From Spirochaetia bacterium (GTDB lineage: Bacteria > Spirochaetota > Spirochaetia > CADAEX01), in contig CAXXHA010000017.1 in NCBI GenBank assembly GCA_963662265.2, positions 1 through 63,901 on the forward strand: a DNA stretch of 63,901 bases. Direction: 5' to 3'. The notes below the pieces were generated by a model. That model ran no database searches and was not told the DNA's origin. It saw only the letters and a program-made list of their open reading frames with translations. A program made the translations under genes and the position numbers. Numbering within the stretch: position 1 is the first letter of the stretch; each line of letters starts with the position of its first letter. Below, one piece after another: positions 30,753 to 42,503 of this stretch.

Positions 30753-31766
30753 CTAATTCTTTGCCTTGAAAGCTTTAATAAACTTTGGAATTACATCGTT
30801 GAGATCTCCGACAATTCCGTAGTGAGCAATCTGGAAAATAGGCGCTTCATTATCCGAGTTGATAGCAATGATTCTTGCAGATTCATCCATACCTGCTCTG
30901 TGCTGGATCTGTCCTGAAATACCGCATGCAATATAAAGCTTCGGTCTTACTGTTGTTCCAGTCTGGCCAACCTGGTGATCTTTTGAAATAAAGCCTGAGT
31001 CAACAGCTGCTCGGGATGCTCCCACTTCGCCGCCTAAGACATGAGCAAGTTCCTTGATAAGCTGGAAGTTTTCCTTTGAACCTACACCCATACCGCCAGA
31101 AACAATAATCTGTGAACCTTTAAGATCTACAAGTTTTTCCTCTTTAATCTTCTTGATTACGACTGAAGGGAAATCAGCATCAGTAAGGTCAAAAGTCATT
31201 GGAGTGATTGTGCCTTTTCTTGAGGGATCAGCATCCCCTATTTTCATAACACCTTCACGTACTGTTGCCATCTGTGGTTTTTTCTCAGGGCTAACAATTG
31301 TAGCTACAATGTTTCCGCCGAAAGCAGGTCTGATCTGATAGAGAATATCTGTGTATTCTGTACCCTTGCTTTCATAATCTCCGATTTCAAGGCTTGTACA
31401 GTCTGCAGTGAGACCTACTTTGAGAGTTGATGCAATCCTTGGCCCGATATCTCGACCTGTAGTTGTAGCTCCGTATAAAGCAATCTGGGGTTTCACCTTT
31501 TTGATTACATCAACCATTATTTTTGTATAAGGGATAGGTGTGTAGTCATGAAGTCTTTTATCTTCAATAGTAAAGATTTCATCCGCACCGTACTGAAAAA
31601 GTTTTTCAGCCTCCCCTTTTATATTATCTCCGATAAGAGTACCTGTTACAGATACTTTAAGCTGATCCGCAAGATCTCTGGCTTTTGAAAGAAGCTCGAT
31701 GCTCACATCTGCAACTTTGCCGTTATCCTGCTGAATAAAGACCATTACACTGTTATTTGAACTCAC
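30753..31766 (-). CDS. etfA: Electron transfer flavoprotein alpha subunit
   Basis: GASRAAVD, QVGQTG and GISGQIQH. Confidence 0.95.
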   Translation of the reverse strand: MSSNNSVMVFIQQDNGKVADVSIELLSKARDLADQLKVSVTGTLIGDNIKGEAEKLFQYGADEIFTIEDKRLHDYTPIPYTKIMVDVIKKVKPQIALYGATTTGRDIGPRIASTLKVGLTADCTSLEIGDYESKGTEYTDILYQIRPAFGGNIVATIVSPEKKPQMATVREGVMKIGDADPSRKGTITPMTFDLTDADFPSVVIKKIKEEKLVDLKGSQIIVSGGMGVGSKENFQLIKELAHVLGGEVGASRAAVDSGFISKDHQVGQTGTTVRPKLYIACGISGQIQHRAGMDESARIIAINSDNEAPIFQIAHYGIVGDLNDVIPKFIKAFKAKN

Positions 31767-31781
31767 AATAATTCTCCTCTA

Positions 31782-32660
31782 TTAACCTAATGTATGGTCT
31801 GCAATAAGTTCATGGACCATATTAGAAATACCGTCATCTGTATTTTCAATCATAGTAATATCCTCTTTCTTGAGGATTACTGATTCAATCTTTTTAACTT
31901 TGGTTGGAGAACCTTTGAGACCGCAATTTTCAACATCAGCGCCTATAGCATTGATATCCCATAATGCAATCGCATTTTCAGCTGTTCTTTCAACTGAGCT
32001 GTCAATATATGATTCATCATAGTTTTCTGTCATTTCAGCTGATGCATTTTTAAAAGTCATCATCTTGATAACAGAAGCAGGTCTTGGGATGTAGCTTTCA
32101 TCAGTTACTGTAAGAAGAACAGGGAATCCTGCTTCAACAACTTCATATCCGCCTTCGATAGATCTTCTTGCCTGGATCTTGCCCTTTTTGGCATCAATGT
32201 TTTCAACATTTGAAACGTTACTGATCTGGTTGATTCCGAGCTTTTCAGCAGTCTGGGGACCTACCTGAGCAGTATCGCCGTCGATAGCCTGTCTACCGCA
32301 GAGAACAATATCATATTTTCCGATTTTTTCTATTGCGCATTTAAGGGCATATGATGTTGCAAGAGTATCAGCACCTGCAAATTTCCTGTCAGATATGAGA
32401 GCAACAAAATCTGCTCCTCTGTAAAGTGAATCCTTGAGAACCTGAACCGCTGAAGGGGGGCCCATAGTAATTACACTGATAGTAGTTCCGGGATTGGCAT
32501 CCTTGATTTCAAGAGCTGCTTCAAGTGCATGAAGATCGTCCGGATTGAAAATTGCTGGAAGAACAGCACGGTTTACAGTACCATCCTCCTTCATAGCTTC
32601 CCCAGTGACATTCTGAGTATCGGGAACCTGTTTTACAAGGACAATAAGGTTAAGTCCCAT
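31782..32660 (-). CDS. etfB: Electron transfer flavoprotein beta subunit
   Basis: KQVPD, GADTLATS and GRQAIDGDTAQVG. Confidence 0.95.
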   Translation of the reverse strand: MGLNLIVLVKQVPDTQNVTGEAMKEDGTVNRAVLPAIFNPDDLHALEAALEIKDANPGTTISVITMGPPSAVQVLKDSLYRGADFVALISDRKFAGADTLATSYALKCAIEKIGKYDIVLCGRQAIDGDTAQVGPQTAEKLGINQISNVSNVENIDAKKGKIQARRSIEGGYEVVEAGFPVLLTVTDESYIPRPASVIKMMTFKNASAEMTENYDESYIDSSVERTAENAIALWDINAIGADVENCGLKGSPTKVKKIESVILKKEDITMIENTDDGISNMVHELIADHTLG

Positions 32661-33212
32661 TTATTTCCTCCTATTTTTATATAATCAGAGCTTTTTTCAA
32701 AACTATCGTTTTTCAACAAGTCTCTTTATGGGGTCGGAAATTTAAATTGTGCCAATTCAAATTTCCTAAAGACCCTGTCATTTCAAAACTCAATCAGTTT
32801 TGAAATAGACTTATCAGTCTTTTAATTGACCTGGAAACACGGAATCACTGATTACAAATTCATGAATATGTGTTCCTGTTTTACACAAACCTAAGATACT
32901 ATACATTTTCTCTCAACAAATCCAGTGCTTTAGAGCTTTTTTTTGAAATAACATACAGTGATAAAACAGGAGTATTAATGAGTCAATATATTTTAAAAAG
33001 GGAAAACACAGTGAAAATATTGTCTGTAAAATATTTTATGAATTTAAAGAAATTATTGGTATATTGTTGTAATATAAATTGTAAAAACTTTTTAAAATCT
33101 GTTGGTATTCTGTTGAAAATGCAGCATAGACATCTTTGGCATTAAACAGGCTTTATTTAATAATAGTCAAAACTAATTCTTAAACTCATTTTTTTATTAT
33201 GGGGGAGAAAAT

Positions 33213-36200
33213 ATTTTACATAACAAAACAATCAAATCAAAACTCCTTTTATCTTATGGCAGCCTGGTTCTGCTGCTTCTGATAATATTTCTTATATTCA
33301 ATCTGGTAGTGGTATCTCTTTTCAAATCCAGGGGAATAGATCAGTTCATCGAAAATTCTATATCGACTTATTTCAACAATATAGACAAACTTTCAGAAAA
33401 ATCAGTAAGACAGCATCTGGAACTTGAAAATAAAATACTGATTTCCCTGACAAGGCATTATTATGACCTCTCAAAAAACAGGTATATTACAGAAAATGAT
33501 GCAAAAGAAAAAGTTCTTAAAAACTATATCTGAACATAAACTGGGTATGTCCGGGTATTCATATGTACTGTATTATGACGGGACTATGATTGCACATCCT
33601 GTAAAAAAATATATCGGCAATAACTATATCAATGACAGGGGAATCAAATGGCAGACAGAACAGAAAGAGGGGTACTCCGAATATAAATGGAAAAATCCGG
33701 ATGAGGAACTGAAGAGGGACAAAATGCTTTATATGAGAAGTTTTGAGCCCTGGAAATGGATAATATCGACTACAGCTTACTCAGATGACAAACTGATCAA
33801 TGAAATCAGAATCGATGATATCAGAAATTTCTTTAATAACAGGAAAATCAGCGGGATAAGCTCTATTTCATTGCGTGACGGAAGCGGGAACATTGTTCTT
33901 AATCAGGAACAGGTATCCGACACAGCATTACAGGCAGACAGTGCTGTAAAATCCCGGCTGGAAGAAATCAAAAAAAACGGATCTGGCCGCTTTATACTGA
34001 AGACAGACAGCTTCAACGTGAGAAAGCCTGATCTGATAGTTTTCTACAGTTATTATGAAGACCTTGACTGGATAATAACTGCTGCAGGGGATTCAAGCAA
34101 TTTATATTCCCCTGTAAATACTTCATATCTTATACTGTTTGTATCTTTACTGATTGCTGTTTCTGTTTTTATCATACTCAATGAGCATATCAGTAATAAA
34201 ATCACATCTCCATTGAATAATCTTGTTGATATTCTTGATTCATGTTCCGGAGGCAATACATCTATAAGGGCAGACATTAAAACAAATGATGAGCTGGGTA
34301 TCCTGGGAAAGCATTTCAACAACTTCATGGAGAAACAGGAAGAATACATAGAAAAAATAAACAAAGCACAGAACTCAATAAAAATCCTGGCGAAATTCCC
34401 GGAAGAAAACCCGAACCCGGTAATCCGCCTTTCAAAGGAGGGAATCCTGGAATATGCCAACAAAAATGCCATTGATTCAATATGCACTCCCCTTAATCTG
34501 AAAGTAGGTAACTTAATACCTGAAAGCCTTCTGGAAAACTTCCTCAAAACAAATACATTAACAGGCAGAAATGAGTATTCAATAAATGAAAATATTTATT
34601 CGTTTACTGTCTCACACATACATGAACCTGAAGCAACCTTCATATACGGCAAAGATATAACAAAACAGAAAAAGTATGAATCTATCCAGCTTCTTTCAGA
34701 CAATATCTTCGACAACAGTATTGAAGGGATAGTAATTACAGATCCAAGGGGTATTATAGAATCTGTAAATCCTTCTTTTACATCAATTACAGGATTTGAC
34801 AGTAAAGAAGTGATAGGCAGAAATCCGAGAATTCTAAAATCCCACAAACACGGATCTGATTTTTATAAAGCAATGTGGGAAAACCTTCTGAATAAAGGAT
34901 TCTGGTCCGGTGAAATCTGGAACAGGAGAAAAAACGGCAAAATCTATCCTGAATACCTCACAATATCTGCAATCAGGGACAACAATGGAGACATACTCCG
35001 TTATGTATCTTTTTTCCATGATCTCAGTGAAATAAAGGAAAAAGAGGAAAAAATACTCTATGAGGCAACACATGATCAGCTGACAGGTCTTCCAAACCGT
35101 GAATATCTGAATAAAAACATAAGCCAATTAATTAAACAGGCTGAAAAAAACAGTTCACAGTTTTCTGTCTTATATCTTGATATAAACAACTTTAAAAGAA
35201 TTAATGAGAGTATTGGATCTGAAGCAGGAGACATACTTCTGATTGAAACAGGAAGAAGACTGACTGAATTCCTTAAATTCCCGAATATTGCAGTCAGAGT
35301 CGGCAGTGATGAATTTGTATGCCTCTGCAAGGAAACTGGCGGAGATGAGATATTATCAGTTGTAGATAATATATTGAGAATATTAAAGCCGTCATTTGTA
35401 ATAAAGGGGAATGAGGTTGATATTGGTATTTCTGCAGGAATTTCTGTTTACCCCGATGATGACAAAAAAGCAATGGAACTGGTTGCAAAAGCTGAAACTG
35501 CTATGAGAACAGCTAAAAACGATGTTAACAGTTCATATTCATTTTATACTCCCTCATACAGCAAGAAAGGCCTAAGCAGGCTTGATATAGAAAGAGGACT
35601 TAAAGCTGCTTTTGAAAACAGTAAATTTCATCTTGTGTACCAACCCAAAGTATCTGCTCACAACGGTGTTATAACAGGAGCAGAAGCACTTGTGAGGGTT
35701 GAACCGATCAATGGACAATATATAGGGCCTGATATTTTTATTCCTGTTGCTGAAGAAATCGGATTGATAGAACCACTCGGAGCATGGGTATTTGAAAAAG
35801 CGTGCAGGGACACAAAGAAACTTATAGACCAGGGATTTTCAGATCTGCAGGTAGCAGTCAACCTTTCCCCCTGGCAGTTCAGAAGGTCTGACCTGCCGGA
35901 TCAGATAAACAATATAATTGAATCAGTAGCTATTCCTCCATGCAATATTAATGTTGAAATAACGGAAAGCATGGCAATTGACGATGTGGAAGAATCTATC
36001 AGAATGATGAAAAAGCTTACAGATATCGGACTGACCCTTTCAATAGATGACTTCGGAACAGGTTATTCTTCCCTGTCCTATCTTTCTCAGTTTCCTGTTG
36101 ATATATTAAAGATAGATAAGGCATTTGTAGAAGGAATTCCAGGGGATATAAAGAAAACAGGGGTTGTACTTGCAATACTTTCGCTTGCTGAAAACCTGGG

Positions 36201-36342
36201 AATGAAGACTGTTGCAGAAGGTGTTGAAACAGATGAGCATTATAATTTTCTTAAGGAAAGGGGATGCTCCCAGATACAGGGTTATTATTTTTATAAACCA
36301 ATGCCTATTGAGGATTTCATCAATGTTCTGGAAAGAGAATAA
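33213..36342 (+). CDS. Cache-HAMP-PAS-GGDEF(GSDEF)-EAL signalling protein; frameshift at the A5 run near 33520; start uncertain
   Basis: Upstream frame gives TM1 (KLLLSYGSLVLLLL); ORF 33463-36342 has Cache, HAMP, PAS, LTGLPNR, GSDEF, EAL and DDFGTGYSSL. Confidence 0.88.
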
Positions 36343-36345
36343 AAA

Positions 36346-36369
36346 CGGTCCGGAATATAATCCGGACCG
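36346..36369. terminator. Hairpin between convergent genes
   Basis: CGGTCCGGA-ATATAA-TCCGGACCG. Confidence 0.55.
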
Positions 36370-36425
36370 AAATAAGATAAAAAAGGTGGAAATTATTTTA
36401 ATCTGAACCTTAAGGATCAGTTTTT

Positions 36426-37040
36426 TTATTTACCGAATGCCCTGATATACAGTTCCCTGATTTCACTCATTAGAGGACACCTCTGGTTTGCCCCTGTACA
36501 CTGATCATCAAAAGCAGTTTCAGTCATTTTACCGGGACTTTCTATAAAATCATCAGGCAACTTTTAAGTATGTCTGCAGTTTTGATGCCATAACAATTAC
36601 TGCTGTTTCCTAAATTCTTGCAGGTGTATTCCGGCACCGACAACAGTTACAGGTTTTCCGGAAAAAGTATTCTGCGTTAACCATCCCGGATCCTTATATA
36701 GTACAGATAGCGCTTATATATCTGCTCCCCATAATGCATTCTGACTGATCATCATCAATCCATGAAATAATATCCTGTAGAGAGTCAGCCCCTGCAGCTG
36801 CGTTAAGTACAGTATCAGCAGCCTGCATAGTGCAGAATCTGGCTCTCTGAAGTGGAGGTAGGATTATACCATTTTTTGTCTCAGGAGCTGAAAGACATTT
36901 TATAAGCGCTTCTGTTATCGTTTTTGTAATCGGAATTACACCTGTAAGAATTCTGGAAGTCTCTGCAACAGGTATAATATCAATTGCATCATCCCGGTCT
37001 ATCTCACTGTATGTTTTTGTATACCTGATTTCAGCATCAC
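36426..37040 (-). pseudogene. adhE: Eroded adhE (bifunctional aldehyde/alcohol dehydrogenase) with large internal deletion
   Basis: ALDH-like fragment GVIPITKT...KNGIILPPLQRARFCT...IISWID...GSGMVNAEYFSGKP..VGAG joined to the C-terminal AFDDQCTGANQRCPL. Confidence 0.8.
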
Positions 37041-37065
37041 ATAAACAGCATTCATATCGTTACAC

Positions 37066-37155
37066 TTATATCGATATCTTTTATCGATATAAAATATACA
37101 GCATAAAAAAGCTGCTGTCAATAGATTAAATAATTTTTTATCGATAAAAGATATC
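37066..37155. promoter_or_regulatory. Nested TATCGATA palindromes and 17-bp inverted repeat
   Basis: TTATATCGATA-N5-TATCGATATAA (37066-37092); 37073-37089 is the exact reverse complement of 37139-37155. Confidence 0.5.
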
Positions 37156-37307
37156 AAATGTTTCGGGTATTTCAATTTACTGTTCTTGTTCAGAAATAAG
37201 ACATGTTTAAAGATTTTTCATTATTAAATATAATTTAAAATGCAAATAAAGAAGGACAGAAATACTGCCCTCCTTTATCCAAAGATCTTAAGTACTCTTA
37301 TACTACC

Positions 37308-38690
37308 CTATCTGCGCCCTGGAGTCTTATCATAATCCAGCCCCACTGCCTTCAGTATTGCAGTGAGAATGAAGTTGAAAGGCTTGTTAAAGTGCGGAAG
37401 AAAATAAACATCTGTAAATGCAATTTCTGTGAGTGTCAGCTCCTTCTGGATTGCAAGCGCCAGATAATAAATAACCTCTGTATGATTAACATCGCCTTTT
37501 GAGCCTATCTGGGCGCCAAGAAGACGGAATGTTTTATTGTCGTAAACAAGTTTAATTCTTGTTATACCATATTCATTCATAAACTCAGGCTTGTCAGCAT
37601 CTTCTATAAAGCTGGATCCCGCATCAAAACCGGCAGCTTTTGCAGCAGCCTCACTCATCCCTGTACTGGCAAGGTTATTTTCAAATACACATATTGCATT
37701 TGTACCTGCAACACTCTTTATATTGACACCCTCAACGCCGTTAACAGCAAATGCGGCTGCAAGCCCTGTCTTGACAGCATTTGTCGCAAGAGCAACCTGA
37801 ATATGTTTTCTGTAAGCTGCATGATACATTGCAACAGCATCACCGATAGCATATACATCTGGAATGCTTGTCTCCATCTGCTCTGTTACAAGCAGTGCAC
37901 CGTTTGGTGTCTTCTCGGCATTCGGAAGAAGTTCAGTATTGGGTTTGAACCCGATACTCTTAATTACAAGATCTGCCTCATATTCACCCTTGTCTGTAAC
38001 TACTGCTTTTACCTTTCCCCCTTCCCCCCTGAAATCAACAACCCTCTCTCCCATTGCAAGGGTGATACCGGAATTTCTTATATCATCTTCAAGAACATCG
38101 GTAAATTCTGTATCAAAGTACCGTGGAATTACCCTCTTCTCAAAGTCGATAAGAGTAACTTTCTTGCCCTTCAACCTGTATGCTTCTGCAAGCTCAATAC
38201 CGATATACCCTGCCCCGACAACAGCAACACTTTTTATATCAAGGCTGTCAGCCTTTCTTATAAGCTCCTCTGCATGCTGATACAGCTTACAGAGCATGAT
38301 ATTTTCAAGGTTCGCATTTTCTTCCGGAATACCAGGTATATCAACAGGCCATGATCCTGCCGCATATATAAGCTTGTCATAGCTGTCTGATTTCTCCAAG
38401 CCTGTCTTCAGGTCTTTTATAATAAGAGTCTTTGCATCTGTATCAATGGAAATCACATCATGTTCCATAAACACGTTTGCCCCCATATCCTCAAGCCTTA
38501 CCTGGTCACAGTAAAAGAGATCTTCGGGATTCTTGACAATTCCCCCCACAGCAAGCGCTATTCCGCACCCGAGGAATGATATATTTGTATTTCTGTCATA
38601 AGCATTAATTTCCACATCAGGATTCTGTGTAAGCAATGTTCTTATTGCAGATGTGCCTGCATGATTAATTCCAACCACAACTACTTTCAT
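37308..38690 (-). CDS. nox: H2O-forming NADH oxidase-like flavoprotein
   Basis: GINHAG, SFLGCG (redox Cys), GAGYIG and FLPHFNKP. Confidence 0.88.
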   Translation of the reverse strand: MKVVVVGINHAGTSAIRTLLTQNPDVEINAYDRNTNISFLGCGIALAVGGIVKNPEDLFYCDQVRLEDMGANVFMEHDVISIDTDAKTLIIKDLKTGLEKSDSYDKLIYAAGSWPVDIPGIPEENANLENIMLCKLYQHAEELIRKADSLDIKSVAVVGAGYIGIELAEAYRLKGKKVTLIDFEKRVIPRYFDTEFTDVLEDDIRNSGITLAMGERVVDFRGEGGKVKAVVTDKGEYEADLVIKSIGFKPNTELLPNAEKTPNGALLVTEQMETSIPDVYAIGDAVAMYHAAYRKHIQVALATNAVKTGLAAAFAVNGVEGVNIKSVAGTNAICVFENNLASTGMSEAAAKAAGFDAGSSFIEDADKPEFMNEYGITRIKLVYDNKTFRLLGAQIGSKGDVNHTEVIYYLALAIQKELTLTEIAFTDVYFLPHFNKPFNFILTAILKAVGLDYDKTPGRR

Positions 38691-38969
38691 TCAAAGCCTC
38701 CTGCTATTAGTAACTATTACCATTAAGATACATTAAACTAATTAATATGTCTATAGTTTTTTAGTTGTTTCTAACCATAATAAGTAATTTTTATTATTTT
38801 TTTCAGGGAGGCTTAACCACAATACATTATACGCAATTATATCATAAAAAAACAGAAGCAGATAACGAATTAAAGCTGCAGTATTATATTACTTCATATA
38901 ACTTACAAAAGTACTACGAACGAAGCAATATAACTGCACATCAATATTTATCTATGAGAAACAGGTTAA

Positions 38970-40097
38970 TTATTTAACTGCCCTGATAATTGAGAATTTC
39001 CTGTTGTTTCTTACAATATTTACTTTCCCGAAAATTTTAGAAAGCTGCTTCTCATACCCAAGATGACTGTTTGCCACGATAAAAAGCTCCCCCCCTTTTT
39101 TTAATACTCTAAAACTGTCGCGGAACATCTTTATCGCAGTTGTAGTGGAGAGACTGTGGCTGGAGTGAAACGGAGGATTGCATAAAATCACATCAGCAGA
39201 GGCTTCTTCAAAACCTTCAAGTGAATTTCCAGTAAGAAACTTTCCCCTTTCTTTAAAACCGTTCCTTTCAAATGATTCCTTTGCTGATTTCACTGCCATG
39301 TAAGATTCATCAACACATATAATTTCAGCATTTTTCCAGACCCCGGCTGCTTTCAGGGCAAATATCCCATCCCCGCAGGCAAGGTCTATAACAACATCAC
39401 TGTTCTTTACCCTGGGAAAACTTGACATCATAAACGCAGCTCCCGGGTCTACTCTGCCGAAAGCAAAAAGATTGGGATAGTTTACAAGCTCAAAATCCTC
39501 ATATTTGGGTTTAAAACTTACAGGATAAATATTTCCAGGTTTTACTTCACCGGCAGTCTCACCAAGTATGAGTCTTGATTTTTTCCAGGCAAGAGAAGTT
39601 TTAACACCTTTCAGATAGTACTCAAAAAGCTCGACAGTGGATGAGTGAATATTCCTTGCCATGTCTGATGCAACAACAGGTATCCCTTCAGGAAAGCTTG
39701 AAGATATATACTGAAGCTGATATTCAAGATAATTAAGACTCTTAGGTATTTTAATCATAATCTGTGATATCTTTCCTTCAGGCAGTTCATCCGGCTTGAG
39801 AAAAGTTATCCTATCATCTTCTATCTTGTTTTTCCTCATGTTGTTTCTGCAGTTATTTACAGAGCAGAGAGAATCGCTCAGAAAATAAACCTTAAACTGG
39901 CCGGACAGAGGTATTGAGAGAGCCCCGTAACTGTCATTTAAAACAAGTATCCCGGATTCTTTTTCCACCATGTTTTCCGAAAAGTGACTGAGGATATATG
40001 AATCAGCGCTGTTCCAGCCCTGAAGTGTCTGATTTTTCTCTTCTTTTTCCCTGTTTATAATTGAATATCCGAAAGGTGTATCCAGTATGTTTTCCAT
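38970..40097 (-). CDS. rlmG: 23S rRNA m2G1835 methyltransferase RlmG-like
   Basis: LQGWNSADSY, LNDSYGAL, DLACGDG and CNPPFH. Confidence 0.8.
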   Translation of the reverse strand: MENILDTPFGYSIINREKEEKNQTLQGWNSADSYILSHFSENMVEKESGILVLNDSYGALSIPLSGQFKVYFLSDSLCSVNNCRNNMRKNKIEDDRITFLKPDELPEGKISQIMIKIPKSLNYLEYQLQYISSSFPEGIPVVASDMARNIHSSTVELFEYYLKGVKTSLAWKKSRLILGETAGEVKPGNIYPVSFKPKYEDFELVNYPNLFAFGRVDPGAAFMMSSFPRVKNSDVVIDLACGDGIFALKAAGVWKNAEIICVDESYMAVKSAKESFERNGFKERGKFLTGNSLEGFEEASADVILCNPPFHSSHSLSTTTAIKMFRDSFRVLKKGGELFIVANSHLGYEKQLSKIFGKVNIVRNNRKFSIIRAVK

Positions 40098-40324
40098 AAC
40101 TTACCTGCTTTATTTATAGTATAACGATCCAGGGAAGCTTTACATCTCTCAGCCTGCTTCCCGGTATAAATTCATCCATGTATTAAAAACAAAACGGCTG
40201 AATATAATATCAGCCGGTTTATATTATCTGATTCATCAATATACTTTAATTACTGAGACAGGTATACCCGGAAAGCAATAAAGTCTATGTGCTTTTCTTT
40301 ATTTTATAATCAAAACAAGTTTTA

Positions 40325-40786
40325 TCAGGCATTCAGCACTTTCATCACTTTCGGAACAGTATCTTTGGGACTCACCTTGTACCAGCATTCCTGGATATTT
40401 CCATCCTCATCAACAAGAAATGAGGATCTAATAATTCCCATAAATGATTTGCCGTAAAGCTTTTTTTCTCCCCACACACCGAAATCCTCCGACACCTTTT
40501 TATTCTCATCACAGAGGAGAGGGAATTCCAGGTTATATTTACCTGCAAATTTCTTCTGCTTTTCAGGGCTGTCAGGACTTATACCAAGAACAGCAACATC
40601 AAGACCTGTAAAATCGGGAAAAGCTTCCTGAACATTACAGGACTGTGTTGTACAGCCCGGTGTACTTGCCCTGGGGTAGAAATATATGAAAAGTTTCTTT
40701 CCTCTGAAATCTCCGGAACTGACTACATCCCCGTCCTGGTTTTTAAGCTTAAACTCAGGCGCTTTCATCCCTTTTTCAAGTTTCAT
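40325..40786 (-). CDS. bcp: Thioredoxin-dependent peroxiredoxin Bcp
   Basis: YFYPRASTPGCTTQSC. Confidence 0.93.
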   Translation of the reverse strand: MKLEKGMKAPEFKLKNQDGDVVSSGDFRGKKLFIYFYPRASTPGCTTQSCNVQEAFPDFTGLDVAVLGISPDSPEKQKKFAGKYNLEFPLLCDENKKVSEDFGVWGEKKLYGKSFMGIIRSSFLVDEDGNIQECWYKVSPKDTVPKVMKVLNA

Positions 40787-41106
40787 ATAACAACCTCTCT
40801 TTCACTTACCTTTATTTATTATCTTTTTTTACAGTATTGAATATTATCACATTTAACCAACCATAAAGACAGATAATAATTATTACTTATTTCAAGATAT
40901 TAAGAGGGTAAAATATAAGTCAAGAGAATAATAAGCATAATCAATTATTCACCAGCTAAATCTTCCTTTTCTGGCGTATTTTCTGCATTGATGCAACTTT
41001 CCGTTTATGGAGAAACTTTCTCATACGGGGAACATTTATACACCCGAGACTTTCATAACCGTAATTCCAGTATAAATTTACCCTTAACAGGAGGCTGGAT
41101 ATAAAA

Positions 41107-41130
41107 ACCCCGGGAAGTTAATCCCGGGGT
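41107..41130 (-). terminator. Intrinsic terminator after the transaldolase-like gene
   Basis: ACCCCGGGA...TCCCGGGGT with a T-tract on the minus strand. Confidence 0.7.
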
Positions 41131-41207
41131 AATAGACATAGTTTAATGCTTTATTTTCTACTTTCCACATGAAAATATGTGAAAATGATTCTGAAAACTA
41201 TTTAAAA

Positions 41208-42386
41208 TTATACGAACTTACCAACAAAGTCGATCATATCGTTTGTAGCCTGTGCAAATACAGCTGCATTTTCTTTGAGTGAAGTAATTTCGTTGAACTG
41301 TTCAACAGCAAATCCGTCTTCTTCGTATCCGTTAACAAAGTATGGAACCTGCATGAGTTTGTTCATAGTTTCCTTATTTAATTCTCTGTTCCAGCCGTCT
41401 TTAACTTCTCTGTTTCTGTAATGATAGAGAACATCACCGATCATTGCTGGAGGACATGTAAATACCATAGGAGCACCTGCAAACATATCAACGTGAGGAT
41501 AGAATACATTACCTTCGAAATCGATATGTTTTCTTGCTGAACACATGAGCATTTTAAGAGGAAGTTTTCTTTCTTCGATAAGCTGAATTGATCTTTTCAT
41601 TACAGCCATTGAAGCTTCTCTTATTTCAAGAGGGCTTATATCCATGTTGTTTTTGTTGATATATCCTCTGAGTGCTGCAGAATCTTCGAATCTTCCTGAC
41701 ATCTGAGTAATAACTGCTCTCCATCCGTGTCTTTCAGGTCCGTTCTTTCTGTGCTCTTCAATACCTTCAGCAACAGCATGAGCAACAGCCATGATCTGAG
41801 GAACACAGAAACATGTTGTAGCGTTAGTAGCTATACCTTTTGATGCAAGATATTTGAATACTGGAATACCTGCAGTAGATGCTGGTATTTTAACCATTAC
41901 GTTTGGTCCCATAGAAGCAAGCTCATCAGCCATTTCTTTCATAGCAGCTTCATCTTTGATGAGGTTAGGATCTACCTGACCTGAGATGTGACCGAGTTTA
42001 CCGTTAGATGCTTCGAAAAGAGGAAGGAATGCTTCAGCACCTCTTTTAACTGTTTCAAGATATACTTCTTTGAAAAGTCCGTACTGTGATCTTCCTTTGT
42101 AGCTTTTTCTTTTTTCCTTGATGATTTCTACCCACTCATCTGTTCTTTTCTGAAGAACTGCCCAAGAGAGTGGCGGGTTAGTTGTACATCCTCTGAAAGC
42201 CCATTCTTTAACAGGTGCATCAAGGAACATACCGTTAACTTCATCAAGAAACCATTTCTGATCTTCTTTAGGAAGACCTTTCACATAGTCATTTACAAAG
42301 TTAGGCCATACGAGAGGTGAGGAGTCCCACCAGATTTCTGTTTCAGGATTTATCTTCTGAATTCGTCTCCAAACGTTTTCCAACAT
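41208..42386 (-). CDS. Atypical transaldolase-family protein
   Basis: WWDS, GCTTNPP, ISGQVDP, VMVKIP (Schiff-base Lys) and MSGR; ATG 42386 has an AAGGAG RBS. Confidence 0.85.
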   Translation of the reverse strand: MLENVWRRIQKINPETEIWWDSSPLVWPNFVNDYVKGLPKEDQKWFLDEVNGMFLDAPVKEWAFRGCTTNPPLSWAVLQKRTDEWVEIIKEKRKSYKGRSQYGLFKEVYLETVKRGAEAFLPLFEASNGKLGHISGQVDPNLIKDEAAMKEMADELASMGPNVMVKIPASTAGIPVFKYLASKGIATNATTCFCVPQIMAVAHAVAEGIEEHRKNGPERHGWRAVITQMSGRFEDSAALRGYINKNNMDISPLEIREASMAVMKRSIQLIEERKLPLKMLMCSARKHIDFEGNVFYPHVDMFAGAPMVFTCPPAMIGDVLYHYRNREVKDGWNRELNKETMNKLMQVPYFVNGYEEDGFAVEQFNEITSLKENAAVFAQATNDMIDFVGKFV

Positions 42387-42407
42387 ATTTTTCTCCTTTA
42401 AGATACC

Positions 42408-42503
42408 TCCGGACACTTTCCAAAATCCGGAAATAAATACTGATGATTTTCAGACCTTTTTTAAATACCAGTTTAATCTTCCTGACACTTTCCAAATCAG
42501 GAA
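42408..42503 (-). promoter_or_regulatory. Twin hairpins with conserved loop and covarying stems
   Basis: TCCGGA-CACTTTCCAAAA-TCCGGA (42408-42431) and TTCCTGA-CACTTTCCAAA-TCAGGAA (42479-42503). Confidence 0.6.
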
